Source: an uncultured Thermococci archaeon
GTDB taxonomy: Archaea; CAYQAE01; CAYVLA01
Reading direction: 5' to 3'
DNA length: 64,000 nucleotides
Assembly (NCBI GenBank): GCA_964549615.1
Contig: CAZJVP010000099.1
Location: 1 to 64,000, forward strand
The translations under genes were made by a program, and so were the position numbers. Below the pieces are notes generated by a model. The model was not told where the DNA came from and made no database searches. It saw only the letters and a program-made list of their open reading frames with translations. This document shows, piece by piece, positions 1 through 7,640 of the stretch. The first letter of the stretch is position 1, and every line of letters begins with the position of its first letter.

Positions 1-690
1 TCCTCCGCAATCCTGCTCTGCGGACCACCTTCGGATGAGAGGAATCTCCTGTTGGACTCCTTCATCGGCACCGGTCTTGCCCGCGGTGATTCCTGCCTGT
101 ACGTTACCTCAGCCCAACCCCCCGACAACGTGAAGCACCAGTTTGGCGACTTGTCCAAGGACCTGACCATTGTGGACTGCTACACGAACAGGATCCGCGA
201 GGTCCCCGCCATCTCCGTGGAGGGAAACGTGATAACGACCCCGGTGGAGATCAGCGTGGTCGCGGTGGCCATCTCCAGGGTCCTAGACAGGCAAAGCGAG
301 AGGGCCAAGAGGGCGGTTTTGGACATCCTGCCGACTTACCTCGTCTTCCAGAAGATCGAAAAGATTTACCTCGACCTCATGGACATCATAGACGACCTGA
401 GGAAGGCCGGCTACACGGCCATATTCTCGCTCAACCCCTACTACATCAAGGACGAGGGCGCCGTCTCAACCCTTGAGGAGCTTTTCGACGGGGTGATTCA
501 CGTTGAGCGCGCTGCCGACGCCTCGGGAATGACCGGCGAGATCTCCATAAGGATCGAGAAGATGGGGAGGGAACCGGTGTCCAAGCCTGCTTTCAAGATA
601 AGGAAGCCGGGCCGCCATGAGTGGCATGGAGAGCGCCGGCCCGCGCCAACCCCAGGCTATGTTGGTGAGGCGCCCGCCGTTGAGGCCTAA
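1..690 (+). CDS. RAD55/KaiC-like (RecA-fold) domain protein, probably ATPase-inactive; 5' truncated by the window
   Basis: Frame 1 is open from base 1 (SSAILLCGPPSDERNLLLDSF...). KaiC/RAD55 hallmarks: CLYVT, IVDCYT, RAVLD (Walker B region), LEELFDGVI, IRIEKM. The Walker A position reads GPPSDERN instead of GxxGxGKT. Confidence 0.8.
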   Translation, partial: SSAILLCGPPSDERNLLLDSFIGTGLARGDSCLYVTSAQPPDNVKHQFGDLSKDLTIVDCYTNRIREVPAISVEGNVITTPVEISVVAVAISRVLDRQSERAKRAVLDILPTYLVFQKIEKIYLDLMDIIDDLRKAGYTAIFSLNPYYIKDEGAVSTLEELFDGVIHVERAADASGMTGEISIRIEKMGREPVSKPAFKIRKPGRHEWHGERRPAPTPGYVGEAPAVEA

Positions 691-766
691 CACCACCCCG
701 GCCCCCATCCCCAAGACACACGGATGGCCGAACGCTAGGTCGGGCTCTTCGTGGTCGCTCAGCGCG

Positions 767-1003
767 CTAGGCCCTCTCGAGGATCCGGGTTTTCCGTGAC
801 TCCAGCTGTCGTTTCACGGCGTCGAACACGTCATCCCCGGTGTAGCCTTCCCTCATCTTGCACGCGACGAGGTCGAGCACCTCTTCCTTGGAGATGCCGT
901 ACCACTCCGCCGTGACCGCGAGGCGTGCCTCGAAGTACCTCCTCCACGCCTTCTTGCTCGGCGAATCCCCGGATCCGAGCCGCAGTCTGGAGAGGATGCC
1001 CAG
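767..1003 (-). CDS. small helical hypothetical protein (~78 aa, MGILSRLRLG...; probable CTG start)
   Basis: C-terminal part of ORF 767..1651. GGAGGG lies 6 nt before the CTG at 1003, with a TTTATAA box at 1041-1047. An alternative ATG at 1039 abuts the TATA box. Confidence 0.6.
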   Translation of the reverse strand: MGILSRLRLGSGDSPSKKAWRRYFEARLAVTAEWYGISKEEVLDLVACKMREGYTGDDVFDAVKRQLESRKTRILERA

Positions 1004-1040
1004 GCCGAACCCTCCGGGCCTTTGCCGTTGCGGCGGCATC

Positions 1041-1048
1041 TTATAAAG
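1041..1048 (-). promoter_or_regulatory. TATA-like box (CTTTATAA) for the small protein gene
   Basis: AT-rich box in GC-rich DNA, ~38 nt upstream of the proposed start. Confidence 0.5.
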
Positions 1049-1152
1049 ATCCGCTTTCGGTCCGTGCCGACGGTTTCCAACGCCCTCAGCAACGATGCTT
1101 TGCCCATGGGCCGCATGGACAGGCCCGAGGTGCCGAGCGGGCGTCGGAACTG

Positions 1153-1962
1153 TCAGGATGAGCTGGAGTAGATCTTCATATTCCTGTGGTTCCCGACCGA
1201 CCTGGATAGGTTCTCCATCACGGAAACCTTGACAGTAGGATCGCCAAAGACCAGGGTATAGAGGTGGCGCTGGTCGGCGCCCTCCCTGTAGATGTAGCTG
1301 AACTTGGGGTATGCATCCTTGTTGGACTTGAGCGCCCGCTCCACGATCTCGCGGGGTTTGCCGCGGATCTCGACGTTGATGCACTCCCCCTCGTCCGCGA
1401 AGATCTTCTGTATGATCTCCTCCCTGACCTTGTAGATGTTGGTCCTGCCCCGATTCCCGATCACCTGCAGGGCATTGTACCGGTTGTTGAGTATGGAGAG
1501 GATGTGCCTTTCGGATTCGGGCACGCAGCTCGACTCGAACGGCGCGCCCCCGTGGTCGAGCGTCAGCTTGCGCAGCACCTCGTTGTACTTGGTGCCCGAG
1601 CTCGGGACGCGAACCTGGTCCTTGGACCTTGCCGAGGCGGGCTTCAGGCATTCCATGATCTGTTCGGTGATACCGACAAGGCTGGAGATCTTGCTCTCGA
1701 TCCTTTCAACCCTTTCCTCCAGCTGCCTGCTCCTCGCCTCAAGGAGATTCGGAACCTTTCTTGAGAGGTCGCCCGCGTCCTTGCTGCCGAGCTTCACGAC
1801 GTCACCCTGCAGCTGCGGCAGGCTCTGCAATAGCTGCATCAGGGTTGCATCGTCAAGGGACGGGAAACTCATCTTGACCGTTCCGTCCCGTTTCATCTCC
1901 ACCTCAAGCTTTACCGACGTATCTAACCGTTGGCCCACGACATCCTGACCCATCCAACCCAC
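1153..1962 (-). CDS. coiled-coil + winged-helix + ferredoxin-like domain protein, paralogue A
   Basis: QLEERVERIESKISSL coiled coil, then PSSGTKY...FES..VP..ERHILSILNNRY..L.V...RGRTNIY shared with three neighbours. Confidence 0.8.
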   Translation of the reverse strand: MGWMGQDVVGQRLDTSVKLEVEMKRDGTVKMSFPSLDDATLMQLLQSLPQLQGDVVKLGSKDAGDLSRKVPNLLEARSRQLEERVERIESKISSLVGITEQIMECLKPASARSKDQVRVPSSGTKYNEVLRKLTLDHGGAPFESSCVPESERHILSILNNRYNALQVIGNRGRTNIYKVREEIIQKIFADEGECINVEIRGKPREIVERALKSNKDAYPKFSYIYREGADQRHLYTLVFGDPTVKVSVMENLSRSVGNHRNMKIYSSSS

Positions 1963-2048
1963 CTTTCCCTCGTCGGACCCCTATTCCCCGAGCGTCCACG
2001 AAAGGTCAGATCGTTTTGAAACTGTGGGGTCGTTTGAGTCATTCCGAT

Positions 2049-2180
2049 CCTTAAATCTCTTACGCAACGGCCCCCCGACCCCGAGCTGCTTCGCTTCTAG
2101 AAGAAACGCCGGTGCGAGCCTCGTTTCGGTCTTGAGAATAGTGCGAAATGCCGTGCCTGCTGTGGCAATGTTTTTAATAA
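2049..2180. promoter_or_regulatory. divergent promoter region (ATTTAAGG on - at 2049-2056; TTTTTAATAA on + at 2171-2180)
   Basis: Two AT-rich boxes between divergent genes starting at 1962(-) and 2221(+). Confidence 0.5.
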
Positions 2181-2220
2181 TGCCGGAATCAAAAAGGCGT
2201 CCCAGCCACGGTGATCTGCA

Positions 2221-2430
2221 ATGAATTCCGGACAAAGCCTTGAAGAGGCCTTGGACGAGCTGGAGAGAAGGCTGGACCTCCTTGACCAGAAGGTCAACCT
2301 CGCCATCGAGCAGAGCCTCTCTCTGCTCCAATACGTCAGGGATCATCGCCCCTTGCCGGCCAACGGAAGAGCGATCACCCGCCGCATCATCCTTGAGGAG
2401 ACTTCGCTTATCCCAGAAAGCGAGGCCTAA
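2221..2430 (+). CDS. 69-aa coiled-coil-only protein related to the paralogue coiled coil
   Basis: ATG ~40 nt after a TATA-like box. ELERRLDLLDQKVNLAIEQSLSLLQYVR aligns in register with the coiled coils of paralogues A-D. Confidence 0.7.
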   Translation: MNSGQSLEEALDELERRLDLLDQKVNLAIEQSLSLLQYVRDHRPLPANGRAITRRIILEETSLIPESEA

Positions 2431-2750
2431 TCGGGCGAGGTCCAAACGTTGCGCTAGCGGGTTCCAAACCGCAGGCGATCTGCCCCGGCAGCCCGGATGG
2501 GAATCGATTCGGTCCTAAACCCGTAAGGGCCTCGGGAAAGGGAAGCTAGGGACTCGTTCGCAGCCTTTTCTTTGGTCCCAGGTCTTCCCGAGGGCTTGAT
2601 CGGCCCCTCGTTTGACCTTAACGAATCGTCCACCGATGGTCGCGTCTCCACCGCATCCCACGCGTTTCGGCATCTTTTGCAGGCGAGGGCCTCACGTTAA
2701 TAAGCGACCTCGATTTCCTTGTTGCGGAACAATTCCCGGACTGATGCCTC

Positions 2751-3161
2751 ATGCCGAGGGAAACGGAGGGCCTTGCACCGACGCCCGCGGATCCTACGCT
2801 CGCGCACATGGAGAGGCTGGGAACGAGGCTCGGCCAGCTTGAGGAGGCAGTTGACCGTCTCATAGAGACCCACCAGATCTTGATGGGCAGCCTGGCGGCC
2901 AGGAAGGCGGCTAGGAAAAGGAAGGAGATGCCGAGCCCCAACACGAAGTACTTCGACTTCCTCGTGTACCTTGACCAGAACTTCGGCGACTCCGAGTTCA
3001 CCAGCGACGAGATCCCCCGCAAGAGCCGCCACATACTCTCGATCCTGAACACGGAGTACTCGTCTCTCGAGGTCGTTTCCAAGCGGGGGCGGACCAACGT
3101 CTACAGGATCTCGCCAAACATCCGCAAGAAGCTTGCCGGCAAGACTGTCGTCCAGCAGTGA
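2751..3161 (+). CDS. coiled-coil + winged-helix protein, paralogue B (short form)
   Basis: RLGQLEEAVDRL; PSPNTKY...FTSDEIP..SRHILSILNTEY..LEV..KRGRTNVY. TTAATAAG box at 2697-2704. Confidence 0.8.
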   Translation: MPRETEGLAPTPADPTLAHMERLGTRLGQLEEAVDRLIETHQILMGSLAARKAARKRKEMPSPNTKYFDFLVYLDQNFGDSEFTSDEIPRKSRHILSILNTEYSSLEVVSKRGRTNVYRISPNIRKKLAGKTVVQQ

Positions 3162-3360
3162 ATGCCAGCTCGCGGCGCTCGGCGCCCGCGTGGTCTCCCG
3201 GCATGGCAATGCAATGGACTGATCGTCCCGCCATCTCCTGAGCCCTTTCCCCGGCCCGCAATCCGGCGCAGGATGAAGCCAAGTGCGTTCAGACCGTTTC
3301 CCGCGGTTTCGGGCCCATCGGAAACCAAGGCTTGTCTGGACGGTTCGCTCGGCTACGAGA

Positions 3361-3368
3361 TTTATAAG
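3361..3368 (+). promoter_or_regulatory. TATA box (TTTATAAG) for paralogue C
   Basis: Consensus-like archaeal TATA box ~40 nt before the ATG at 3407. Confidence 0.6.
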
Positions 3369-3406
3369 AGGCTAGGCCAAAGCCGGATCCCACGGCGTTG
3401 CAAGGC

Positions 3407-4063
3407 ATGATAGAGATCGTTCGCGAGCCAAATGGTCCCGTCACGATCCGCATCTCAGAGGAGAGCATCGAGGACGTCAAGGAGATCCTGGGTTCGCTCT
3501 TTCGGGAGACGAACTTCGTTCAGAACCGCATCCAGGCCCTATCCTCCCGATTCGAGGATCTGGAAGCCTCCATTTCGCAACTAATCGCGATAAACAAGGA
3601 GCTCGCGGAGGCCTTGGAGCAGCGCCGAGAGGCAAAGAAGACGCACCTGCCAGCCCGCGGAACCAAGTACTACCGCAGGCTGTGGGACCTTTGCGCCCGA
3701 CATCTGGACGGCGACTTCACGAGCGACGATGTGCCGCCCAAGGAGAGGCACATCCTTTCCATACTGAAGAACGAGTACGACGTCTTGGAGGTTGCGGAGA
3801 GGAAGGGCAGGAGGAACTTCTACAGGATAAAGCCCGAGGTAGCGAGGCAGCTCTTGAAGGACCGGGGCCACGTCTTCTCCATCCCCGTCGACGCGCGAAA
3901 CCGGGAGAACATGGAATCGCTCATATCGGCCGAGGCCGAGAAGACCCGCTTCCTGTACGACGTCCGCGAGGCCGAGTCGGGCCTCGTCTACGAGTTCTTC
4001 TTTCCCGAGTCAAAGGCCGGCCAGGCCTTCGAACAGAGGCTGACCGCAGCAGCAAGGGCTTAG
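3407..4063 (+). CDS. coiled-coil + winged-helix + ferredoxin-like domain protein, paralogue C
   Basis: SSRFEDLEASISQL; PARGTKY...FTSDDVP..ERHILSILKNEY..LEV..RKGRRNFY. ATG 3407 preferred over TTG 3398. Confidence 0.8.
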   Translation: MIEIVREPNGPVTIRISEESIEDVKEILGSLFRETNFVQNRIQALSSRFEDLEASISQLIAINKELAEALEQRREAKKTHLPARGTKYYRRLWDLCARHLDGDFTSDDVPPKERHILSILKNEYDVLEVAERKGRRNFYRIKPEVARQLLKDRGHVFSIPVDARNRENMESLISAEAEKTRFLYDVREAESGLVYEFFFPESKAGQAFEQRLTAAARA

Positions 4064-4254
4064 GGGAGTCGTTCTCCTAGGTCGGTGCTCCGGCCGGCCC
4101 AGCCCCTAGGCTCGCCGGCATGGAGACAGCGAGGAGGCGCTGCTTGGCCGCCTCTGGAAGAAGAACGACCCAAAAAGGTTGGGGTGCTCGACCCCAGCCA
4201 CCAACTTGGCTGCCGCCGTAGCCGTTTGCGCCGGCAACGCTCGTCTTGAGGATC

Positions 4255-5103
4255 TCACGCCTCGCGAACGATCAGGTTGGTCTTGTTGCCGACGAACCTG
4301 CCGAGGTTGCTCGTGACGGAGAGCTGGACCGCGCTGTCCTTGAAGAACAGCCTGTACTTCTGCCTCATCCCGTTCCCTTCCAGGAAAGCATAGGTGAAGC
4401 CAGGGTACCTCTTCTGGTTCGTCTCAAGGAATGCATCGCAGCTCTTTCGGTCCTTGCCCTTGATCTCCACGATGTTGGACGTGCCCTCATTTGAAAGTAT
4501 CCTTTGCATGATCTCCTTTCGGATCTGGTAGATGTTCGTCCGGCCCCGGGTCTCGACGACCTCAAGGGCGTTGTACTTGTTGTTGAGGATCGAAAGAACG
4601 TGGCGCTTCTCGTCGCTCACCTGGTTTCCCTCGAAGGTCTTCGAGCCGAAGCGCTGCACGAGCTCCTGGAGCACCTCGTGGTACTTGGTCCCGGCGCTGG
4701 GGATCCTAGGCTCTCGGCTCTTCTTCTCAGGGTTCAGCGACTCTATGAGCTGCTTGTTCATGTCGATCAGGCTGGCGATCTTGCCCTCCAAGGCCTCTAT
4801 CCTGCCCTCGATGGCCTCCCGCCGCTTCTCGACCTCCGCGCCCTGGGGGACAGGTTTCTCGACCTCGGGCGTCGCCTCCTGCCCAGCCGGCTTGGCCGGC
4901 GGTGCCTCGCCCTCTATCCCGAAGGACTTCACCTCGATGGCACCGCGTTCCTCAGGCCGCGCGCCCCCACCCTGCCATCCCGCGGATATGCCCTTGATGA
5001 AGTCCATCAGCTGCTTCACATCGCTGACGGGCAGTTTGAGATGGATGGTGCCGACGTTCCTCAGCTCGATCTCGACGCTCCCGATCCTCGTTGCGTGTTC
5101 CAT
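4255..5103 (-). CDS. coiled-coil + winged-helix + ferredoxin-like domain protein, paralogue D
   Basis: GGGAGG RBS before ATG 5103 and TTTATTAA box at 5153-5160. EGRIEALEGKIASL; PSAGTKY...KRHVLSILNNKY..LEV..TRGRTNIY. Closest to paralogue A over its full length. Confidence 0.82.
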   Translation of the reverse strand: MEHATRIGSVEIELRNVGTIHLKLPVSDVKQLMDFIKGISAGWQGGGARPEERGAIEVKSFGIEGEAPPAKPAGQEATPEVEKPVPQGAEVEKRREAIEGRIEALEGKIASLIDMNKQLIESLNPEKKSREPRIPSAGTKYHEVLQELVQRFGSKTFEGNQVSDEKRHVLSILNNKYNALEVVETRGRTNIYQIRKEIMQRILSNEGTSNIVEIKGKDRKSCDAFLETNQKRYPGFTYAFLEGNGMRQKYRLFFKDSAVQLSVTSNLGRFVGNKTNLIVREA

Positions 5104-5556
5104 GGAAGGCCTCCCGAAAGGTTTTGATATGCCAATCAAGAATATCCTAACATTAATAAAGGTTTCGCAGCGTCGGCCGGCCGCGCCAGCCCCGCCCAAT
5201 GCGAACATCACATCCACGGCGTGGCCATTCCACCGTGGAGAGCGGTTGCAGTGCTGTTGACCGGCGATCTCCGAGCACCTCGATGTGGATACCGCAGTCT
5301 ACGCGACCAGGAATGCATTTTCCGTCATAGCCGGCGGGATTCTCGCGATCGGCACAATAGGATATCATTGCGCTGCGTCGTTCAAGGGCTTACCCGATTC
5401 AAGGAATCCGGCCCCGCTCGCATGATCCGGCCTGAACAAGCGCCCGACGACAGACTCCCTATGCTTTGATCGTAGCTGATACACCCCAAACGCATGGATT
5501 GGATCGAGCCACCAGCCTTTATATTCGGGGTGCTCGAGAGTTGCAAGAGAGCAGCC

Positions 5557-6654
5557 TTGACGGTCTCGGTTTCGGTGCCAGGCAGGATAAACATACTGGG
5601 GAATCCGACCGACGGGCTCGAGGGCGACTTCTGCACCATATCCTGCGCGATATCGCTACGAACCTACGGGGTCTTCGAGGAGAGCCAAGACTTCACCGTC
5701 GACGTCCGCACCTTGGAGGGAGCGGGGAGCTATCAGACCGTGCTCAAGAACGAGTACAAGTACAACGGCAAGTACGACATCGTGAAGGCGGCCATAAGGC
5801 GCTTGCAGAAGGAGTCCCCGGAGTTCGCGGATCGATTCGAGAAGACGAAGTTCCGCCTGACGACCTGGACCGACATCCCCCCAAGGAGCGGCCTTGGGGG
5901 ATCCTCGGCCGTCATAAACATGATCCTACTGGGGTGCAGGGAGCTCTACGGGCTCGATCACAGGCGGCTGAACGACTACAGGCTGGCTGAGATATGCACT
6001 CGCGTGGAGTGCGAGGAGCTCGGTTTCACCTGCGGCTATGCGGACAGGTACAGCACGCTCCTTGGCGGGCTAGCCTACATCGACTACAGGGGGAAGCTCC
6101 ATCACAGGCCGATAGATGAGGAGCCGTACGCAACCTACGAACGCCTCGACCACTACGTCCCCGAGATGCCGATGTTCGTCATATACACGGGCATCACCCG
6201 GGACTCGGGCAACGTCCATAGCGTCCTGCGGTCAAGGTACCTAAAGGAGCTTGCGGGCGAAGTGGAGGGCGAGAGATTTGCGCTCGAGGGAATGCAACGC
6301 ATCGCTGAGACCGCCATCCAAGGAAAGAAGCGGCTTCTTGAAGGGGACTGGGCCGCGTTGGGCTCGCTGATGAACGAGAATCACCGCTGGATAGATCTGG
6401 TGATGAAAAAATGCGGCTTCCAGGACGGCGCGGGGGCCGTCAACAACCTGCTCATCAAGGATGCCCTGGCTCACGGCGCTCTGGGCGCGAAGCTGACGGG
6501 AGCGGGGGGAGGAGGCTGCATCTGCATACTCGCGAGGGAGGGGGAGAAAGAGGAGCTCATGACCGCCATGAACGCCGCCATCGCGGGCCGCGGGCTCCAA
6601 GCGGCGAGGATATACGACTTCCAGATCTCGAAGGCCGGCTACGTCGTCAGGTAG
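5557..6654 (+). CDS. GHMP kinase, glucuronokinase-like
   Basis: PGRINILGNPTD, PPRSGLGGSSA, GYADR, DSGNVHS, GAKLTGAGGGG. TTG 5557 is the likely start (ORF opens at 5494). Confidence 0.8.
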   Translation: MTVSVSVPGRINILGNPTDGLEGDFCTISCAISLRTYGVFEESQDFTVDVRTLEGAGSYQTVLKNEYKYNGKYDIVKAAIRRLQKESPEFADRFEKTKFRLTTWTDIPPRSGLGGSSAVINMILLGCRELYGLDHRRLNDYRLAEICTRVECEELGFTCGYADRYSTLLGGLAYIDYRGKLHHRPIDEEPYATYERLDHYVPEMPMFVIYTGITRDSGNVHSVLRSRYLKELAGEVEGERFALEGMQRIAETAIQGKKRLLEGDWAALGSLMNENHRWIDLVMKKCGFQDGAGAVNNLLIKDALAHGALGAKLTGAGGGGCICILAREGEKEELMTAMNAAIAGRGLQAARIYDFQISKAGYVVR

Positions 6655-6662
6655 TGGCCTCT

Positions 6663-7562
6663 CTATCTCCTGCGCAGGAGCTTCTCGAGATCCTGCCTGA
6701 AGGCGGTACCTATCTCGGGGTCGGCCAGACACATGTCGACGAAGGCCGTCGCGTAGGTCCTGAGATCGCCTATGTCGTGCCTCTTTTCGCGCTCGTTCAG
6801 CTTGAAGGCCCAGACCGGCTTGCCCTCGGCAAGAAGGATGCGAATGGCGTCGGTGAGCTGTCTCTCGCCGCCGTAGCCCAGTGGCGTCCTACGAATGGCA
6901 TCGAAGATGTCGGGCTCGAAGACGTATCTGGCGGCAATCGCGAGGTTGCTCGGCGCCTCCTTCGGGCTGGGCTTCTCGACAAGATCCTCCAGCCTCATCG
7001 ACAACCCGTCGATCATCCTTGGCTTGACCACCCCGAACCGTCCGAGCCTCTCTGGTTCCACTTCCTCGACGGCGACCGTGGCCGTCGCGCCGGACCTTAC
7101 ATGCGAGTCTATGAGCTTCCACAGGAAGCTTCCGCCCTCGTAGCTCTGGATGATGGTGTCCCCCAGGCTCACCGCAAAGGGTTCTCCGCCGACGAAGCTC
7201 TCTCCCAGAAGGACTGCGTCGGCAAGTCCGGTGGGCTCCGACTGGCGGGTGTAGAATATCCGGGCGTTCAGCCTGTCCAGGAAGTCTATCTCGCGCAGCA
7301 ATGCGCTGTTGCCCTTCTCCTTGAGCATCTGCTGTAGCTGGTGATCGCGGTCGAAGTGGTCCTCTATGCTCCTCTTCCTGGCTCCGGTTATGACCAGTAT
7401 CTCGGTGATGCCGGCCCCCACAGCCTCCTCCACAACGTGCTGGATCACCGGCTTCCTGCCCACCGGGACCATCTCCTTGGGCTGGGACTTGGTAGCCGGA
7501 AGCAGCCTGGTCCCCAGGCCGGCGGCCGGGATTATGCACTTGGTGATCTTCTTCATGTGCAT
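6663..7562 (-). CDS. galU: UTP-glucose-1-phosphate uridylyltransferase-like NDP-sugar pyrophosphorylase
   Basis: IIPAAGLGTRLLPATKSQPKEM, RSIEDHFD, RQ..P.GLADAV, LVEKP, ERQLTDAI. Confidence 0.85.
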   Translation of the reverse strand: MHMKKITKCIIPAAGLGTRLLPATKSQPKEMVPVGRKPVIQHVVEEAVGAGITEILVITGARKRSIEDHFDRDHQLQQMLKEKGNSALLREIDFLDRLNARIFYTRQSEPTGLADAVLLGESFVGGEPFAVSLGDTIIQSYEGGSFLWKLIDSHVRSGATATVAVEEVEPERLGRFGVVKPRMIDGLSMRLEDLVEKPSPKEAPSNLAIAARYVFEPDIFDAIRRTPLGYGGERQLTDAIRILLAEGKPVWAFKLNEREKRHDIGDLRTYATAFVDMCLADPEIGTAFRQDLEKLLRRR

Positions 7563-7640
7563 CCGTCCGAACTGGTGTCCCCCGGCCTTAAGAAAGGCAA
7601 CCGATGGTTGAACGTGAACCCTTAGACACCTTCAGAAGCT

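Noticed and set aside
1-690. Circadian clock KaiC
   Set aside because: Degenerate P-loop and no KaiA/KaiB visible; only the fold family is supported.
1040-1651. N-terminal 200 aa of ORF 767..1651
   Set aside because: Out-of-frame shadow of paralogue A with low-complexity R/G/Q composition; only the 3' end looks like a real protein.
1153-5103. Calling the paralogues Lrp/AsnC or ESCRT/Cdv proteins
   Set aside because: The wH plus ferredoxin-like order recalls Lrp, but the Lrp HTH signature is absent and there is an N-terminal coil. No Snf7 core or Vps4 ATPase is seen.
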